Assembly: GCA_023957215.1 (NCBI GenBank)
Contig: JAMLHH010000001.1
Coordinates: 17,383-81,382 of the forward strand
DNA length: 64,000 nt
From: Chitinophagales bacterium
Lineage (GTDB): Bacteria > Bacteroidota > Bacteroidia > Chitinophagales > JADIYW01
Direction: 5' to 3'
A program made the translations under genes and the position numbers. Every line of letters begins with the position of its first letter. Positions within the stretch are counted from its first letter, which is position 1. This document shows positions 8,969-19,156 of the stretch, piece by piece. The notes under the pieces are model-generated. The model made no database searches. It was given only the letters and a program-made list of their open reading frames with translations, and was not told the origin of the DNA.

Positions 8969-9601
8969 TTATCTGTTATTACGTCTGTTTTTGTTGTTTC
9001 TACCCGGTTTGCGTTTACCGTTTCGCTTCTTCATATTATTATTGTTTTCATTTCTTACAGAGGCCGAAATTTCAATTTCTATATCATCGTGTATTTTTAA
9101 CTGACCTTTAGAAAGTGCCTTGATATCTGCCTTTATCAGTTTATTGTCCACCTCCTCATTGCTCCATGTCAAATAAGCCATTTTCATAAAGTTAGCAATG
9201 ATTTGCACTATTTCCTTTTTCTGTTCTTCATCTTCTGCTTCTATGGCTTTTTGAATCAGCGATTCTATGTTTTTGCCATAGTGTTTCATTTGGATTTTTG
9301 CCTGTGGATAGGGTATGACTGGTGGAGTGGGGACTTCTTTCGTATGAGAAATATCATCATAAGGACAATCAACGTCCAAATTATAGTCAGCCATGATAAA
9401 AAGATGTGTCCAAAGTTTCTTTTGATAGTCCTGTGATTGTTTGAGTTGGGGATTGAGTGTCAACATCATATCTATAATATTCTCAGCAGCAGTTTGTCGC
9501 TGTTTTTTATCCTGAATAGTTTTAGTAAAATTGACGTAGCGTTGTATGTTGCGACCATACTCACGTATGATAATCGCTTCCCGGCTGGTGTTATAAATCA
9601 T
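8969..9601 (-). CDS. DUF4290 family protein
   Basis: 210 aa. The N-terminus YNTSREAIIIREYGRNIQ matches my recollection of DUF4290. Lies immediately upstream of murA, as is typical in Bacteroidota. Basic Asn/Arg/Lys-rich tail. Confidence 0.65.
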   Translation of the reverse strand: MIYNTSREAIIIREYGRNIQRYVNFTKTIQDKKQRQTAAENIIDMMLTLNPQLKQSQDYQKKLWTHLFIMADYNLDVDCPYDDISHTKEVPTPPVIPYPQAKIQMKHYGKNIESLIQKAIEAEDEEQKKEIVQIIANFMKMAYLTWSNEEVDNKLIKADIKALSKGQLKIHDDIEIEISASVRNENNNNMKKRNGKRKPGRNNKNRRNNR

Positions 9602-9674
9602 AAAGAGAAGTCTTTATTTAATATTATTTGTAATTAGAAATGAGATTTTATTTGCTGTCTATTCCTTAAAATGG

Positions 9675-9710
9675 AAAATCCTACCGTAAAGATAGGATTT
9701 TTATTTTTTT
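9675..9710. terminator. hairpin with flanking A/T runs (probable terminator of the 9767-10441 gene, bidirectional in form)
   Basis: AAAATCCTA (9675-9683) pairs perfectly with TAGGATTTT (9693-9701) around a 9-nt loop. TATTTTTTTT follows on the + strand and CCATTTT on the - strand. Confidence 0.5.
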
Positions 9711-9766
9711 TATCATAATTCGTGTAAAACGAGATATGGATTTATTGAAATACTAATCAATTCGTT

Positions 9767-10441
9767 TTAATCTCTTCTATTCAATAGACTGACATAGTAT
9801 AAGAGTTGTGCCAATGAAGCCAAAGCAGCAACGACATAAGTCGAAGCGGCCCATTTTAAAGCATCTTTGGCTTTGTCGTGGGCCTCTCTATTGAGGATAC
9901 CTGCACCATCTAACCATTTTAAAGCTCTGGATGAGGCGTCAAATTCTACCGGTAAAGTGACGAATGTAAACAGTGTCGTCAAAGTGTACATCGCCACACC
10001 GATGGCTAATATTACCGGACTGCCGGAAAATGCCATCACTGCAATGCCTCCCATCAACAAGAAAGGCATCAATCGGGAAGATATAGTCAATGCAGGCACC
10101 ATTTTAGATCTAAAGCCTAACCACACATAAGCATGCGCATGTTGTACTGCGTGACCACATTCGTGGGATGCAACAGCCGCCGCGGCAACAGTCCTTTGCG
10201 CATATACCCAATCACTCAAATTAACGGTTTTGTCCATCGGATTATAATGGTCAGTCAATGCACCCGAAACCGATGTAATTTGCACATCATTAATACCGTT
10301 ATCTCTCAACATCATGGCTGCAATTTCAGCTCCTGAGTATGGAATCGGAATTTTGGAATATTCCTTAAACCGACTTTGCATTTTGTGACTGACATACCAA
10401 CTCAGTCCACCAAAAAAGATAATAATCAACCAAAAAAACAT
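9767..10441 (-). CDS. membrane zinc metallopeptidase (putative neutral zinc metallopeptidase family)
   Basis: 224 aa. HECGHAVQH zinc motif, N-terminal TM helix plus C-terminal hydrophobic helices. Confidence 0.75.
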   Translation of the reverse strand: MFFWLIIIFFGGLSWYVSHKMQSRFKEYSKIPIPYSGAEIAAMMLRDNGINDVQITSVSGALTDHYNPMDKTVNLSDWVYAQRTVAAAAVASHECGHAVQHAHAYVWLGFRSKMVPALTISSRLMPFLLMGGIAVMAFSGSPVILAIGVAMYTLTTLFTFVTLPVEFDASSRALKWLDGAGILNREAHDKAKDALKWAASTYVVAALASLAQLLYYVSLLNRRD

Positions 10442-10453
10442 AATCTCTTTATT

Positions 10454-10756
10454 TTAAAGTTTTTCTAATACACTACAAAAATATAATACTTTATCACCAT
10501 ACTTTTTACTTACTTCATTTTTTAGTTGAAAGTCCGTCGTACTGAGGTGATGATTATAAGCATTCATATCTTTTAACTTGTATTGCAAGCTCAGGGTCAT
10601 CGTTTCACTTTCATCTACATTGAGCAGTTTAAAAAGCGTGTAATCTATTACTCTGTCATCTTGTTGCAAATTAGAAATATGGTGGTCATTCAAATACGCC
10701 TTGAAATCATTCACATACTCTAAATCAACATAAAAGGTGATATTGTATAGAATCAC
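10454..10756 (-). CDS. DUF4286-like small protein
   Basis: 100 aa. The N-terminus MILYNITFYVD resembles DUF4286 family members as I recall them. Function unknown. Confidence 0.5.
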   Translation of the reverse strand: MILYNITFYVDLEYVNDFKAYLNDHHISNLQQDDRVIDYTLFKLLNVDESETMTLSLQYKLKDMNAYNHHLSTTDFQLKNEVSKKYGDKVLYFCSVLEKL

Positions 10757-10790
10757 GATATAAAGATAAGCTTCTTTATTTGAACAAAAA

Positions 10791-12605
10791 CTAAATAGAA
10801 TCTCCTCTTAATAATCTATAACGTTTTCGGGCATCAATCGTAAAAATACTATCAGTATATTCTAATAATATCTTCTCATAAAAAATCTTTGCTTTCTCCT
10901 TATCTTCCAACTGATTTTCATATAACTCCGCTAACTGAAAAACTGCATCGTCGGCCAAAATACTTTTAGGAAACTTTTCGTAAATTAACAACAAATACTT
11001 TTCTAAGTCGTCATAGTTTTGAAGTTTCCGGCTAATTTTAGCCTTCATAAAATAGAAGTCGTCTTCTAACGGGTGACCGGTATATAAAATGAGTAATGAA
11101 TCTGCCATCTGATTAGCCCTACTCAGGTCATTCTGAAAAAACAACAAATCCATTTCTGAAAAAGCTTTCATTGCAGCTTTGTCTTCTTGGTAATCCTGAT
11201 TGTAATTATCAGAAATAAAGCTCGCAAGCTCAATGGCATCATTGCTAATAAGTTCGAAAGTGTTTGCTTTGATAACTTTTAACCTTGTCAGGGCCCAATC
11301 AAAATCACCTTTGAAGTAAGCCAATCTGGCATTTCTAAACTTTGCCTCTTCTCCGGTCGGTGTGCCTTTGTATTCTTTTTCTATTTGTGTGTAAAGTAAT
11401 GTCGATTCCCAATGCTGTCCGTCCATGATATAATAATCACCCAAATCAAGTTTGGCTCTGACTAATAAATCTTTGGGTGTCGCTCTGTCTTCTACTATAT
11501 TTTTCAAAATGGCAATGGCAGTATCTACTTCAAATAAGTATTTGGCTTCTAATTCTCCCAATTCTATTTTTGCCAATACCGTATTATACTGGTTAAATTT
11601 TTGTGCGATAAAATGTTGGTAGCTTTTCTTTAAATCCAGTAAGTCGGCTTGGTCATATTTCTTTTTGTCAAAGACTATCGCTTTCTGTACATTAATAAGT
11701 TCTAAATTTGCAACGATGTAGTATGGATATTCACTACCTTTACCTATCAGGTATTTAAAAGCTCTGGTAGCTGTCCTGTAATCTTTTTCTCTTTTACATA
11801 ATCTTGCTATTTCTAAAACTTGGCTTCCATCTTCGCCTCTTTGAATGTCCAAAGCTCTGACTTGGTCAAAAGCAGATGCATAATCTCCCTGTTTTTTATA
11901 GAGCCATACTAAAAGGTCTATTGCAGACCATGCTTGTTTGTCTTTTCCTATCACTTTGAAAATTTCGTTTTCCAAAGTTTCAGCGTTGGCTTTATCTTCT
12001 ACTTCTTTGTCTAAAAGAAAAATAACGTCGTTGAGATCTTGTGGATTCTCCATAATGTCTTGAAGAAAACCTTGCACCATCGCTTCGTAATTTCCTTGCA
12101 AGCCGAAAATGTGTGCTATCTCAAGGTCAAAATCATTTCCTTTTAATAAACTTTTCCCTTTTTGCAACACTTGTTTTGCCCATTCATACTGTTGTTTCTG
12201 TATTAGATTTTTGGCTATGTTTTGTATCTGAAAGGTATTGGGTTTTAAAGATGAGATAGCTTGTTTAAATTGCTTATCAGCTTGTTTTTCTTTGTCATCA
12301 TCCAAATAAAACTGTGCTAAATCAAAAAGGTATAGGGGATTTTGATTGGAAAGCTTATAGGCTTGTTCTATTAGACTTTTTTCTAATTTTTCATCTTTTA
12401 GGTAGTGGAGTGCCTTTTTATAATTATCATAGATATCAAAAAACAAATCAGACTCTTTGGCAAGGCTTTTGTATATATCTACCGCTTTTTCATATTCGTT
12501 TTGGTCTAAATACTGTTGCCCTAACAGTAAATTTTCTTCTTGACTCTGTGCAGATGCTGTCAGACATGAAAAACTGATAAGAACCAAACTGTATATCCAC
12601 TTCAT
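10791..12605 (-). CDS. secreted tetratricopeptide-repeat protein
   Basis: 604 aa. Signal peptide (MKWIYSLVLISFSCLTASAQ) and repeated TPR-like helices with Y/A/L periodicity throughout. Confidence 0.7.
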   Translation of the reverse strand: MKWIYSLVLISFSCLTASAQSQEENLLLGQQYLDQNEYEKAVDIYKSLAKESDLFFDIYDNYKKALHYLKDEKLEKSLIEQAYKLSNQNPLYLFDLAQFYLDDDKEKQADKQFKQAISSLKPNTFQIQNIAKNLIQKQQYEWAKQVLQKGKSLLKGNDFDLEIAHIFGLQGNYEAMVQGFLQDIMENPQDLNDVIFLLDKEVEDKANAETLENEIFKVIGKDKQAWSAIDLLVWLYKKQGDYASAFDQVRALDIQRGEDGSQVLEIARLCKREKDYRTATRAFKYLIGKGSEYPYYIVANLELINVQKAIVFDKKKYDQADLLDLKKSYQHFIAQKFNQYNTVLAKIELGELEAKYLFEVDTAIAILKNIVEDRATPKDLLVRAKLDLGDYYIMDGQHWESTLLYTQIEKEYKGTPTGEEAKFRNARLAYFKGDFDWALTRLKVIKANTFELISNDAIELASFISDNYNQDYQEDKAAMKAFSEMDLLFFQNDLSRANQMADSLLILYTGHPLEDDFYFMKAKISRKLQNYDDLEKYLLLIYEKFPKSILADDAVFQLAELYENQLEDKEKAKIFYEKILLEYTDSIFTIDARKRYRLLRGDSI

Positions 12606-12633
12606 ATCTTAAAGTTACGATTTTATATTTGTC

Positions 12634-13455
12634 CTACTCAAAAATATTTGACTGCTGTAAATTAACCTTGCTTTTATAAAAAAGATGAGTCGTCTTTTCA
12701 AAACTGTCCGTATAATCAGAAACAAAGAAATGTCGCTCTTTTTCTTCTTGATTGGTGTTGAGTAGCTCTTCCCGTGTCAAGATATTTTTTACGTAAGCGG
12801 CTACAATTTCGTTTGTGGCAAGTATATCAACGTTTCTTTTATTTTCTTTATAAAAATTACCAATTTCATTTTTGATGAGCGGGTAGTGTGTACAAGCTAA
12901 TACAAGACTTTCTATATCATCTAAAGCTTCATCAGACAGATAATTTTCTATAATGACTTTACTGATTTCTCCATTGACAAATCCGGACTCTATCATGGGT
13001 GCTAAAAGAGGAGTGGCTAAAGTCTGTATTTGTAGCTTAGAATTTTTCTGTTTGATTTTATTAGGGAAAACTTGTGAATTAATGGTCGCATTGGTACCGA
13101 TAACACCTACTCGTTTGTATTTTTCATGGAGAATAAAATCTACGACCGGTAGGATGACATTGACAACTGTAACACCTCTTTTATTGGCTAAATTTTTGAC
13201 AGTTTTGTATGCAACGGATGAGGCACTGTTACAGGCAATAATAATCAGCTTGACACCTTTATCCAATAAAAAATGGGTGATGACTGTACTATATCGGATG
13301 ATAATATCAGGTGATTTTTCGCCATAAGGCATGTGGGCAGTATCTCCAAAATAGAGAATATCTTCATTGGGCAACGCCTTTAAAACAGCATTGGCGACCG
13401 TGAGGCCGCCAATACCGGAATCAAAGATTCCTATAGGTCTCTCCGCTTTTTCCAT
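12634..13455 (-). CDS. murI: glutamate racemase
   Basis: 273 aa. DSGIGGLTV, plus the catalytic Cys motifs IIACNSAS and LACTHYP. Confidence 0.9.
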   Translation of the reverse strand: MEKAERPIGIFDSGIGGLTVANAVLKALPNEDILYFGDTAHMPYGEKSPDIIIRYSTVITHFLLDKGVKLIIIACNSASSVAYKTVKNLANKRGVTVVNVILPVVDFILHEKYKRVGVIGTNATINSQVFPNKIKQKNSKLQIQTLATPLLAPMIESGFVNGEISKVIIENYLSDEALDDIESLVLACTHYPLIKNEIGNFYKENKRNVDILATNEIVAAYVKNILTREELLNTNQEEKERHFFVSDYTDSFEKTTHLFYKSKVNLQQSNIFE

Positions 13456-13457
13456 AC

Positions 13458-13991
13458 TTACTTAGTAGTTGACAAGCCGAGTTTTGTTTTTAAAGTGTTG
13501 ATAATATTTTCACTTTCATCAGCGTGCAAGATAGAGCCGGCACTTGAATCAAAGATATACGTATATCCGCCTTCTTTAGCAACTTCCTCAATGGCTTTAT
13601 TGATTTTATCTACCAATGGTTGATACAATGTTTGACGTTTTTTGGCAACTTTGTCATCAGCACCATCTTGAAAATCTTGGATTCTTTTTTCCAAATCTTG
13701 AATTTCTTTTGCTTTAAATTCTTGATCTATATCGGAAAGCTTGCCGTCTTGGGCTGCCTTTTGATAATCCTGAATCTTTTTTTGGTATTCTGTGTACATT
13801 TTTTCAAGACTGGCATAAAGTGAATTGCCGTATTTCTCAATTTCATCATCTGCCACCTTTTTTTCAGGCATTGCATTTAATAGCTCTAAGGAGTTAACGT
13901 AAGCCAGTTTGTACGCCTTTATCTGAGCATTTGCTTTGAATGTAAATGCTGTTATTGCTATAACAGCGAAGGATAAAAGTAGTTTTTTCAT
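13458..13991 (-). CDS. OmpH/Skp family periplasmic chaperone
   Basis: 177 aa. Signal peptide, coiled-coil K/E/Q-rich core, and position downstream of bamA. Confidence 0.8.
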   Translation of the reverse strand: MKKLLLSFAVIAITAFTFKANAQIKAYKLAYVNSLELLNAMPEKKVADDEIEKYGNSLYASLEKMYTEYQKKIQDYQKAAQDGKLSDIDQEFKAKEIQDLEKRIQDFQDGADDKVAKKRQTLYQPLVDKINKAIEEVAKEGGYTYIFDSSAGSILHADESENIINTLKTKLGLSTTK

Positions 13992-14026
13992 TTCGTTTTT
14001 TCTAATTGTTTAATAATCAAATTTAT

Positions 14027-14545
14027 TTAGGGTTGTATGCTTTTTAAAACTTGTTCGCTAATATCGTACTTTGAATTGGTATATAAAAGAGATGAACCGC
14101 CTGAAGCTTTATCTAATACAAAATCAAAACCCAAATTCTTAGCAATTTTCTCTATTGAGTTATAAATTTTCTCTTGTAAAGGTTGTATAAACTCTTGTCT
14201 CTTTTTAAACAAATCACCTTCATATCCGAATCTTTGGTTTTGAAGATCGTTGGCTAATTTTTCCTTGGTAATGATTTCGTCTTGTCTTTTCTTTTTCATT
14301 TCGTCTGTCAACAAAAATTCTTCTGCCTCATATTTTGAATACAATTGTTTCACTTCGTTGTATTTGGTGTCTATCTCATCGTTCCAGGTTTTTACCAAAC
14401 CGTCTAACTTTGATTGTGCATCGCTATAAGCAGGAATATTTCCCAAAATATAGTCAGTGTCCACATAAGCAAATCTTTGGGCAAATACATTGCTCAGAGT
14501 AAGAAGTGCGCATCCTAAGGTAAAAAATATTTTTTTCATCATCAC
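14027..14545 (-). CDS. OmpH/Skp family periplasmic chaperone (second paralog)
   Basis: 172 aa. Signal peptide, FAYVDTDYIL start of the mature part, coiled-coil core. Sits directly downstream of bamA. Confidence 0.8.
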   Translation of the reverse strand: MMMKKIFFTLGCALLTLSNVFAQRFAYVDTDYILGNIPAYSDAQSKLDGLVKTWNDEIDTKYNEVKQLYSKYEAEEFLLTDEMKKKRQDEIITKEKLANDLQNQRFGYEGDLFKKRQEFIQPLQEKIYNSIEKIAKNLGFDFVLDKASGGSSLLYTNSKYDISEQVLKSIQP

Positions 14546-14550
14546 TTATT

Positions 14551-17271
14551 TTATTCCGGTTCAAATCCTAATATAATCGAGAAAGCTCCATTTTTTGCAA
14601 TATAGTCAAAAAATCCTTTCGCCGACTTGATTTGATTATCCGTATCATTTCTTGGTTGGTCAAATCTTATGCCATAATCTACGCCCAACAATCCAAACAT
14701 AGGTAAATATGCTCTAATTCCAATACCCACGGCCTTATTTAATTGGAAGGGATCGTAATTTTTGAATGTTCTATAACTGTTACCGGCTTCCGCAAATACC
14801 AATCCATAGATGGTTGCAGATGGATTGAGTGAGAAAGGGTATCTCAACTCCATTGTAAATTTGTTAAAAATGGCATCTCCTCCATCATCAGAATAGACAC
14901 CGTAACCTCTTTGCGATATAATATCTTGCCCAAAGAGTACAATGTTGCTTGGCAGACCATTGCCTCCCACTTCAAATCTTTCAAATGGTGATAAGCCTAC
15001 TTTTTTGTTGTATTGTCCTAAGAAACCAAACTTTGCACTGGTTTTAAATACCAATTTATTTTTCTTGTCCAATGCCTGATACCAGTCAAAGGTCATTCTC
15101 CATTTATGATATTCTACCCATTTCCATTTTTGATCGACAGAAACATCTGCATAAAAATCGTCTTTTCTAAATAGTGAATAAGGTAAAGTAAACTGACCGG
15201 AAACGCTGATATTAGAACCGCTTGCCGGGTAAATCGGTTGGTCAATGGAGTTTCTCGACAAAGTCAACTGTAAATTTAAGTTGTTAAAATTACCGTTCTC
15301 TATGGTAGTATTTTCACTATAAATCTTTTCAGTAAAATTAACTAATTTATAGTTTTGATAATTTAATGCCGCTTGGAAGATAAAGTAATCATCAGGGAAT
15401 TTTAATCGGGTCGCCAAAGCAAGTGAAGCACCATTGGTGACTTGTCTTCCGTAAGCTTTATTTGTGCTATAATTGAGTAATTGATATCTGGATCTGAAAG
15501 CGGAAAACGATAAGGCGTTTGGTTTTCTGCCTCCGAGCCAAGGTTCTGTAAATGACATGCTGTAAGTTTGGTATTGCTTACCATTACTTTGTACTCTCAG
15601 ACTCAACTTTTGTCCATCTCCCGTCGGCAGCGGAGTCCAAGCTTTTTTGTCTTTGATATTTCTCAGTGAGAAGTTGTTAAAAGACAGACCTAATGTACCT
15701 ATAATTCCTTGTGACCCTCCCCAGCCGGCAGAAAGCTCTATTTGATCGGCAGACTTTTCAGCCACTACATATTTGATATCTACTGTACCATCTTCGGGGT
15801 GTGGGATAGGGACAACTTGCGTTGCTTCCGGGTCAAAGAAACCCAAATTGGCAATTTCTCTCTGTGAACGTATCAGATCAGAACGGCTAAATTTCTCTCC
15901 CGGCATGGTTCTTAACTCTCTTCTGATGACATGCTCACTGGTTTTATCATTCCCTTCAATAATCACTTTTCTGATAGTAGCTTGCGGCCCCTCCGTAATC
16001 CTTACTTCCAAATCTATGGAGTCACCATAGACTCCCACTTCTTTTGGATCAATAGAGAAAAACAAATAACCATCATCATAATAGAGTGATGATACATCAG
16101 CTCCATTCGGATCCATATTAAGTTTTTTTTGTAAAAGCTCCGTGTTGTAAACATCTCCTTTTTTGATACCAAGCACCTTATTTAAGATATCACTGGAGTA
16201 TTTTGCATTTCCTTTGAAGTCAATATTTCTAAAATAATATCTTTTCCCTTCGTCAATTTTCATTTTGATATAAACTTGATTATCATTTATGTATGTAGTG
16301 TCATAAGTGATAATTGCATCTCTATATCCTTCTTTATTATAGTTGTCAATTAAAGCTCTTTTATCTTTAACAAATTTTTCTTCATTGTACTTTTTACCTT
16401 TAAAGAGATTGAGTATAAATCTGTCATCAAAAAATCTTTTTACGGAAGACATATTCATATTTGCCAAAGTATAAGCTGCTCTTTTCAGCCTTTTCCCATT
16501 GGTCAAAATTTCTTTATCGGATTTATTAAATAACTTTATATACGATTTTTGTCGGGTGTCTTTCATAGATTTTCTCACTTTAGACATACTCAACTGGTTG
16601 ACACCTTCTATGTCAATGGCTACGATTTTTGCCTTTTTGCCCTTATCTACATTGATGTACAATGAGGAGGTATTGACTGAGAAAGTATCGCGTACCTGTG
16701 TGAAACTCACCGTCGGAGATAAATAACCTTTATCGCGGTAAAAATCTATGGTAACATTTTTAATATTGTTTTCTAATGCCGGTGTGATAGGTTTCCCTTT
16801 TAGTGCAGTAATCCTTTTCGATATATCTTCTGCCTGTCCCTTTTTGATACCTTTAAAATAAAAATTGGACATACGGGGTTTTTCGCTTACATAAAGTACC
16901 AAATCTGCTCGATTATCTTTTACATTCTCTATTCTAAATTCAACATCCGTAAAAAGTCCTTGTTTCCATAATAGTTTGATGGCTTTCGTAATTTCCTCCC
17001 CCGGGATATCAATTTGTTGATCGACAAAAATTCCCGTGATGCTTCTAATGACGTTTTTATCAAAGTATTGGGAGCCTCTTATGTCAAAAGAATTAATAAT
17101 GAACTTGTTGGGTTCTTTGTAGTTGATGATAGGACCAACTATCGTAGAATCTGTTGACAGGGAGTCCAATGTCTTTATAGAAACAGTATCCTGTTCAGTT
17201 TCCTGGGCGAATACATTACTTATCATAAAGGTGGCTATGTATATTGCAAAAAATGCAGCTTTTAAATTCAT
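14551..17271 (-). CDS. bamA: outer membrane protein assembly factor BamA
   Basis: 906 aa. Signal peptide, POTRA-like repeats, and a C-terminal beta-barrel with alternating aromatic pattern ending in F. The start codon overlaps the uppS stop by 1 nt (TAATG on the - strand). Confidence 0.9.
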   Translation of the reverse strand: MNLKAAFFAIYIATFMISNVFAQETEQDTVSIKTLDSLSTDSTIVGPIINYKEPNKFIINSFDIRGSQYFDKNVIRSITGIFVDQQIDIPGEEITKAIKLLWKQGLFTDVEFRIENVKDNRADLVLYVSEKPRMSNFYFKGIKKGQAEDISKRITALKGKPITPALENNIKNVTIDFYRDKGYLSPTVSFTQVRDTFSVNTSSLYINVDKGKKAKIVAIDIEGVNQLSMSKVRKSMKDTRQKSYIKLFNKSDKEILTNGKRLKRAAYTLANMNMSSVKRFFDDRFILNLFKGKKYNEEKFVKDKRALIDNYNKEGYRDAIITYDTTYINDNQVYIKMKIDEGKRYYFRNIDFKGNAKYSSDILNKVLGIKKGDVYNTELLQKKLNMDPNGADVSSLYYDDGYLFFSIDPKEVGVYGDSIDLEVRITEGPQATIRKVIIEGNDKTSEHVIRRELRTMPGEKFSRSDLIRSQREIANLGFFDPEATQVVPIPHPEDGTVDIKYVVAEKSADQIELSAGWGGSQGIIGTLGLSFNNFSLRNIKDKKAWTPLPTGDGQKLSLRVQSNGKQYQTYSMSFTEPWLGGRKPNALSFSAFRSRYQLLNYSTNKAYGRQVTNGASLALATRLKFPDDYFIFQAALNYQNYKLVNFTEKIYSENTTIENGNFNNLNLQLTLSRNSIDQPIYPASGSNISVSGQFTLPYSLFRKDDFYADVSVDQKWKWVEYHKWRMTFDWYQALDKKNKLVFKTSAKFGFLGQYNKKVGLSPFERFEVGGNGLPSNIVLFGQDIISQRGYGVYSDDGGDAIFNKFTMELRYPFSLNPSATIYGLVFAEAGNSYRTFKNYDPFQLNKAVGIGIRAYLPMFGLLGVDYGIRFDQPRNDTDNQIKSAKGFFDYIAKNGAFSIILGFEPE

Positions 17272-18038
17272 TAACGGTTTATTTGTTCACTAATTTTTCC
17301 AAATCTTCTTTCTCTATTTTGGAACTGACAAATGTATTCATATACATCCTCTTTATCAATTTCCGGCCAAAGTTTATCTGTAAAAATAAACTCTGTATAT
17401 GCAATTTGCCATAAAAGAAAATTGCTGACACGATATTCTCCACTTGTCCTGATTAGAAGCTCAGGATCAGGAATGTTGTAGGTGTAAAGGTAATCTCTGA
17501 TACTTTCAGGATTTATATCTTCGACAGCAATTTTTCCCTCTTGTACATCTTGATACATCCTTATAAATGCTCTGTGAATTTCTTCTCTCGAACCGTAGCT
17601 CAATGCAAGTGTCAAGGTCATGCGGGTATTATTTCGGGTCTCTTCAATCGCTTTTTTGAGTGCCAAATTACACTTATTAGGCAGGCTGTCTATATTACCT
17701 ATTGCATTTAATCTGATATTGTTTTTCTGAAGTGTCTTGATTTCACGACCGATTGTGAATACCAAAAGTTCCATCAGCGCACTGACTTCTAATGCGGGTC
17801 TATTCCAATTTTCAGTAGAGAAAGCGTATAGTGTCAAGTATTCCACTCCTGTTTCTGCACAGGCTTCTGTCACTGCCCTGACGGCTTTAACTCCATTTTT
17901 ATGGCCAAAGACACGAGCTTTCCCTCTTTGTTTTGCCCACCGACCATTCCCATCCATGATGACGGCAATATGCTTGGGAAGACGACTCAAGTCGATAAGA
18001 CTTTTATAATCCGTTTTATTCTTTTCTTCCATCGGCAT
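17271..18038 (-). CDS. uppS: isoprenyl transferase (undecaprenyl diphosphate synthase)
   Basis: 255 aa. IMDGNGRWA, FSTENWNRP and RTSGEYRVSNFLLWQ motifs. Confidence 0.92.
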   Translation of the reverse strand: MPMEEKNKTDYKSLIDLSRLPKHIAVIMDGNGRWAKQRGKARVFGHKNGVKAVRAVTEACAETGVEYLTLYAFSTENWNRPALEVSALMELLVFTIGREIKTLQKNNIRLNAIGNIDSLPNKCNLALKKAIEETRNNTRMTLTLALSYGSREEIHRAFIRMYQDVQEGKIAVEDINPESIRDYLYTYNIPDPELLIRTSGEYRVSNFLLWQIAYTEFIFTDKLWPEIDKEDVYEYICQFQNRERRFGKISEQINR

Positions 18039-18042
18039 TATT

Positions 18043-18915
18043 TTAAAATGTTGGACATTTTATTTTGTTAAAAGAATAAGTGATTCCCACGCTATAAAAG
18101 TTAAACCGGTCATTGTCTTTGGACGAACCTCTCTGTTTGCCCGGTATTCCTATAGGAATAATCCCTTTTTCAGGTGAGCGGTCAGAAAGAATTTCAGACA
18201 TATTTCTACCATCCACATAATAATTGAGTTGGGAAGCATCAGCATAGTTTTTGCTGACATCATCCAGATTATCATTAAAGGATCTGCGAGTCATCATTTC
18301 TACTTGTAAGGTCAAATTTCGAGTCAGGCTAAATTTAAGACCGCCACCAAAAGGCAAAGATACTGAGTAAGGTCCATATCCGTTAGAAACATTTGTCTGA
18401 CTGCTATTGGGATTTTTTTGCCCCTCTGTACCGACAGGAGCCAAATCGTACTTGCCACCTTGATAAAAAGTATAATTTCTAAAATGATAAAAGCTGATAC
18501 CTCCAAAGATATACGGAGTCCACTTTTTCTTTTTCTTCACTTTATTAGGTGCGCTGCCATCGGGATCCCAATCGAAAAAATTGAGTTCAAAAAGACCTCC
18601 CAAGTCTGTCACTCTTGCATTAAATGATAAGTTTCTTGCGCTTAAATAAGGTTGTTTGGTAGAAAGTTTTTCATCGGAAGCAGCTATCCACGCATGTGAT
18701 ATGCCTATACGCATTGCCATCCTGTTGTTAAAATTATATCTGTAAAACAAACCGCCGCCGGCACGAGACTGCTTAAAAGAGTAATTGGGATTCAAATCTC
18801 CAAAATAATTAGTGGCGGCAATGAATACACCATATTCGCTGATTTGCGCTTTCATTTGTATCACACAAAGCAAGAAAAATACCCAACTGATATGTAGTTT
18901 CAGCTTATAAAGCAC
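18043..18915 (-). CDS. DUF6089-like outer-membrane beta-barrel protein
   Basis: 290 aa. Signal-like N-terminus, beta-strand-rich sequence ending in an aromatic residue, and a conserved position upstream of uppS. The start is GTG in the ORF track. Confidence 0.55.
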   Translation of the reverse strand: MLYKLKLHISWVFFLLCVIQMKAQISEYGVFIAATNYFGDLNPNYSFKQSRAGGGLFYRYNFNNRMAMRIGISHAWIAASDEKLSTKQPYLSARNLSFNARVTDLGGLFELNFFDWDPDGSAPNKVKKKKKWTPYIFGGISFYHFRNYTFYQGGKYDLAPVGTEGQKNPNSSQTNVSNGYGPYSVSLPFGGGLKFSLTRNLTLQVEMMTRRSFNDNLDDVSKNYADASQLNYYVDGRNMSEILSDRSPEKGIIPIGIPGKQRGSSKDNDRFNFYSVGITYSFNKIKCPTF

Positions 18916-19156
18916 TCTTTATCTTATAAGTTAAGTGAGCAAAGATAGATAAATAACGAAGAAAATGAATGAGATTATATATAGAATGCTTAGTTATAAA
19001 AATTTAATATTGAAATGTGCCGGTACATTCTTTTAACGTGTCATAAAGATGTGTCAAACGCATTTTACTGATTATGAAGTTACCAACAGTGAAAAATTGT
19101 TTTTCAAACTTTATGGAAATTTTTTCTCAAACTACTCTCAACTATAAAATTTTGAG

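Noticed and set aside
18919-18930. Recurring CTTATAAG / TTATAAG palindromic motif near several minus-strand gene starts (also about 31091 and about 39355-39375)
   Set aside because: By my rough composition-based estimate, a 7-8-mer made almost entirely of A/T should occur many times by chance in a 64-kb AT-rich sequence. Positions relative to start codons are inconsistent.
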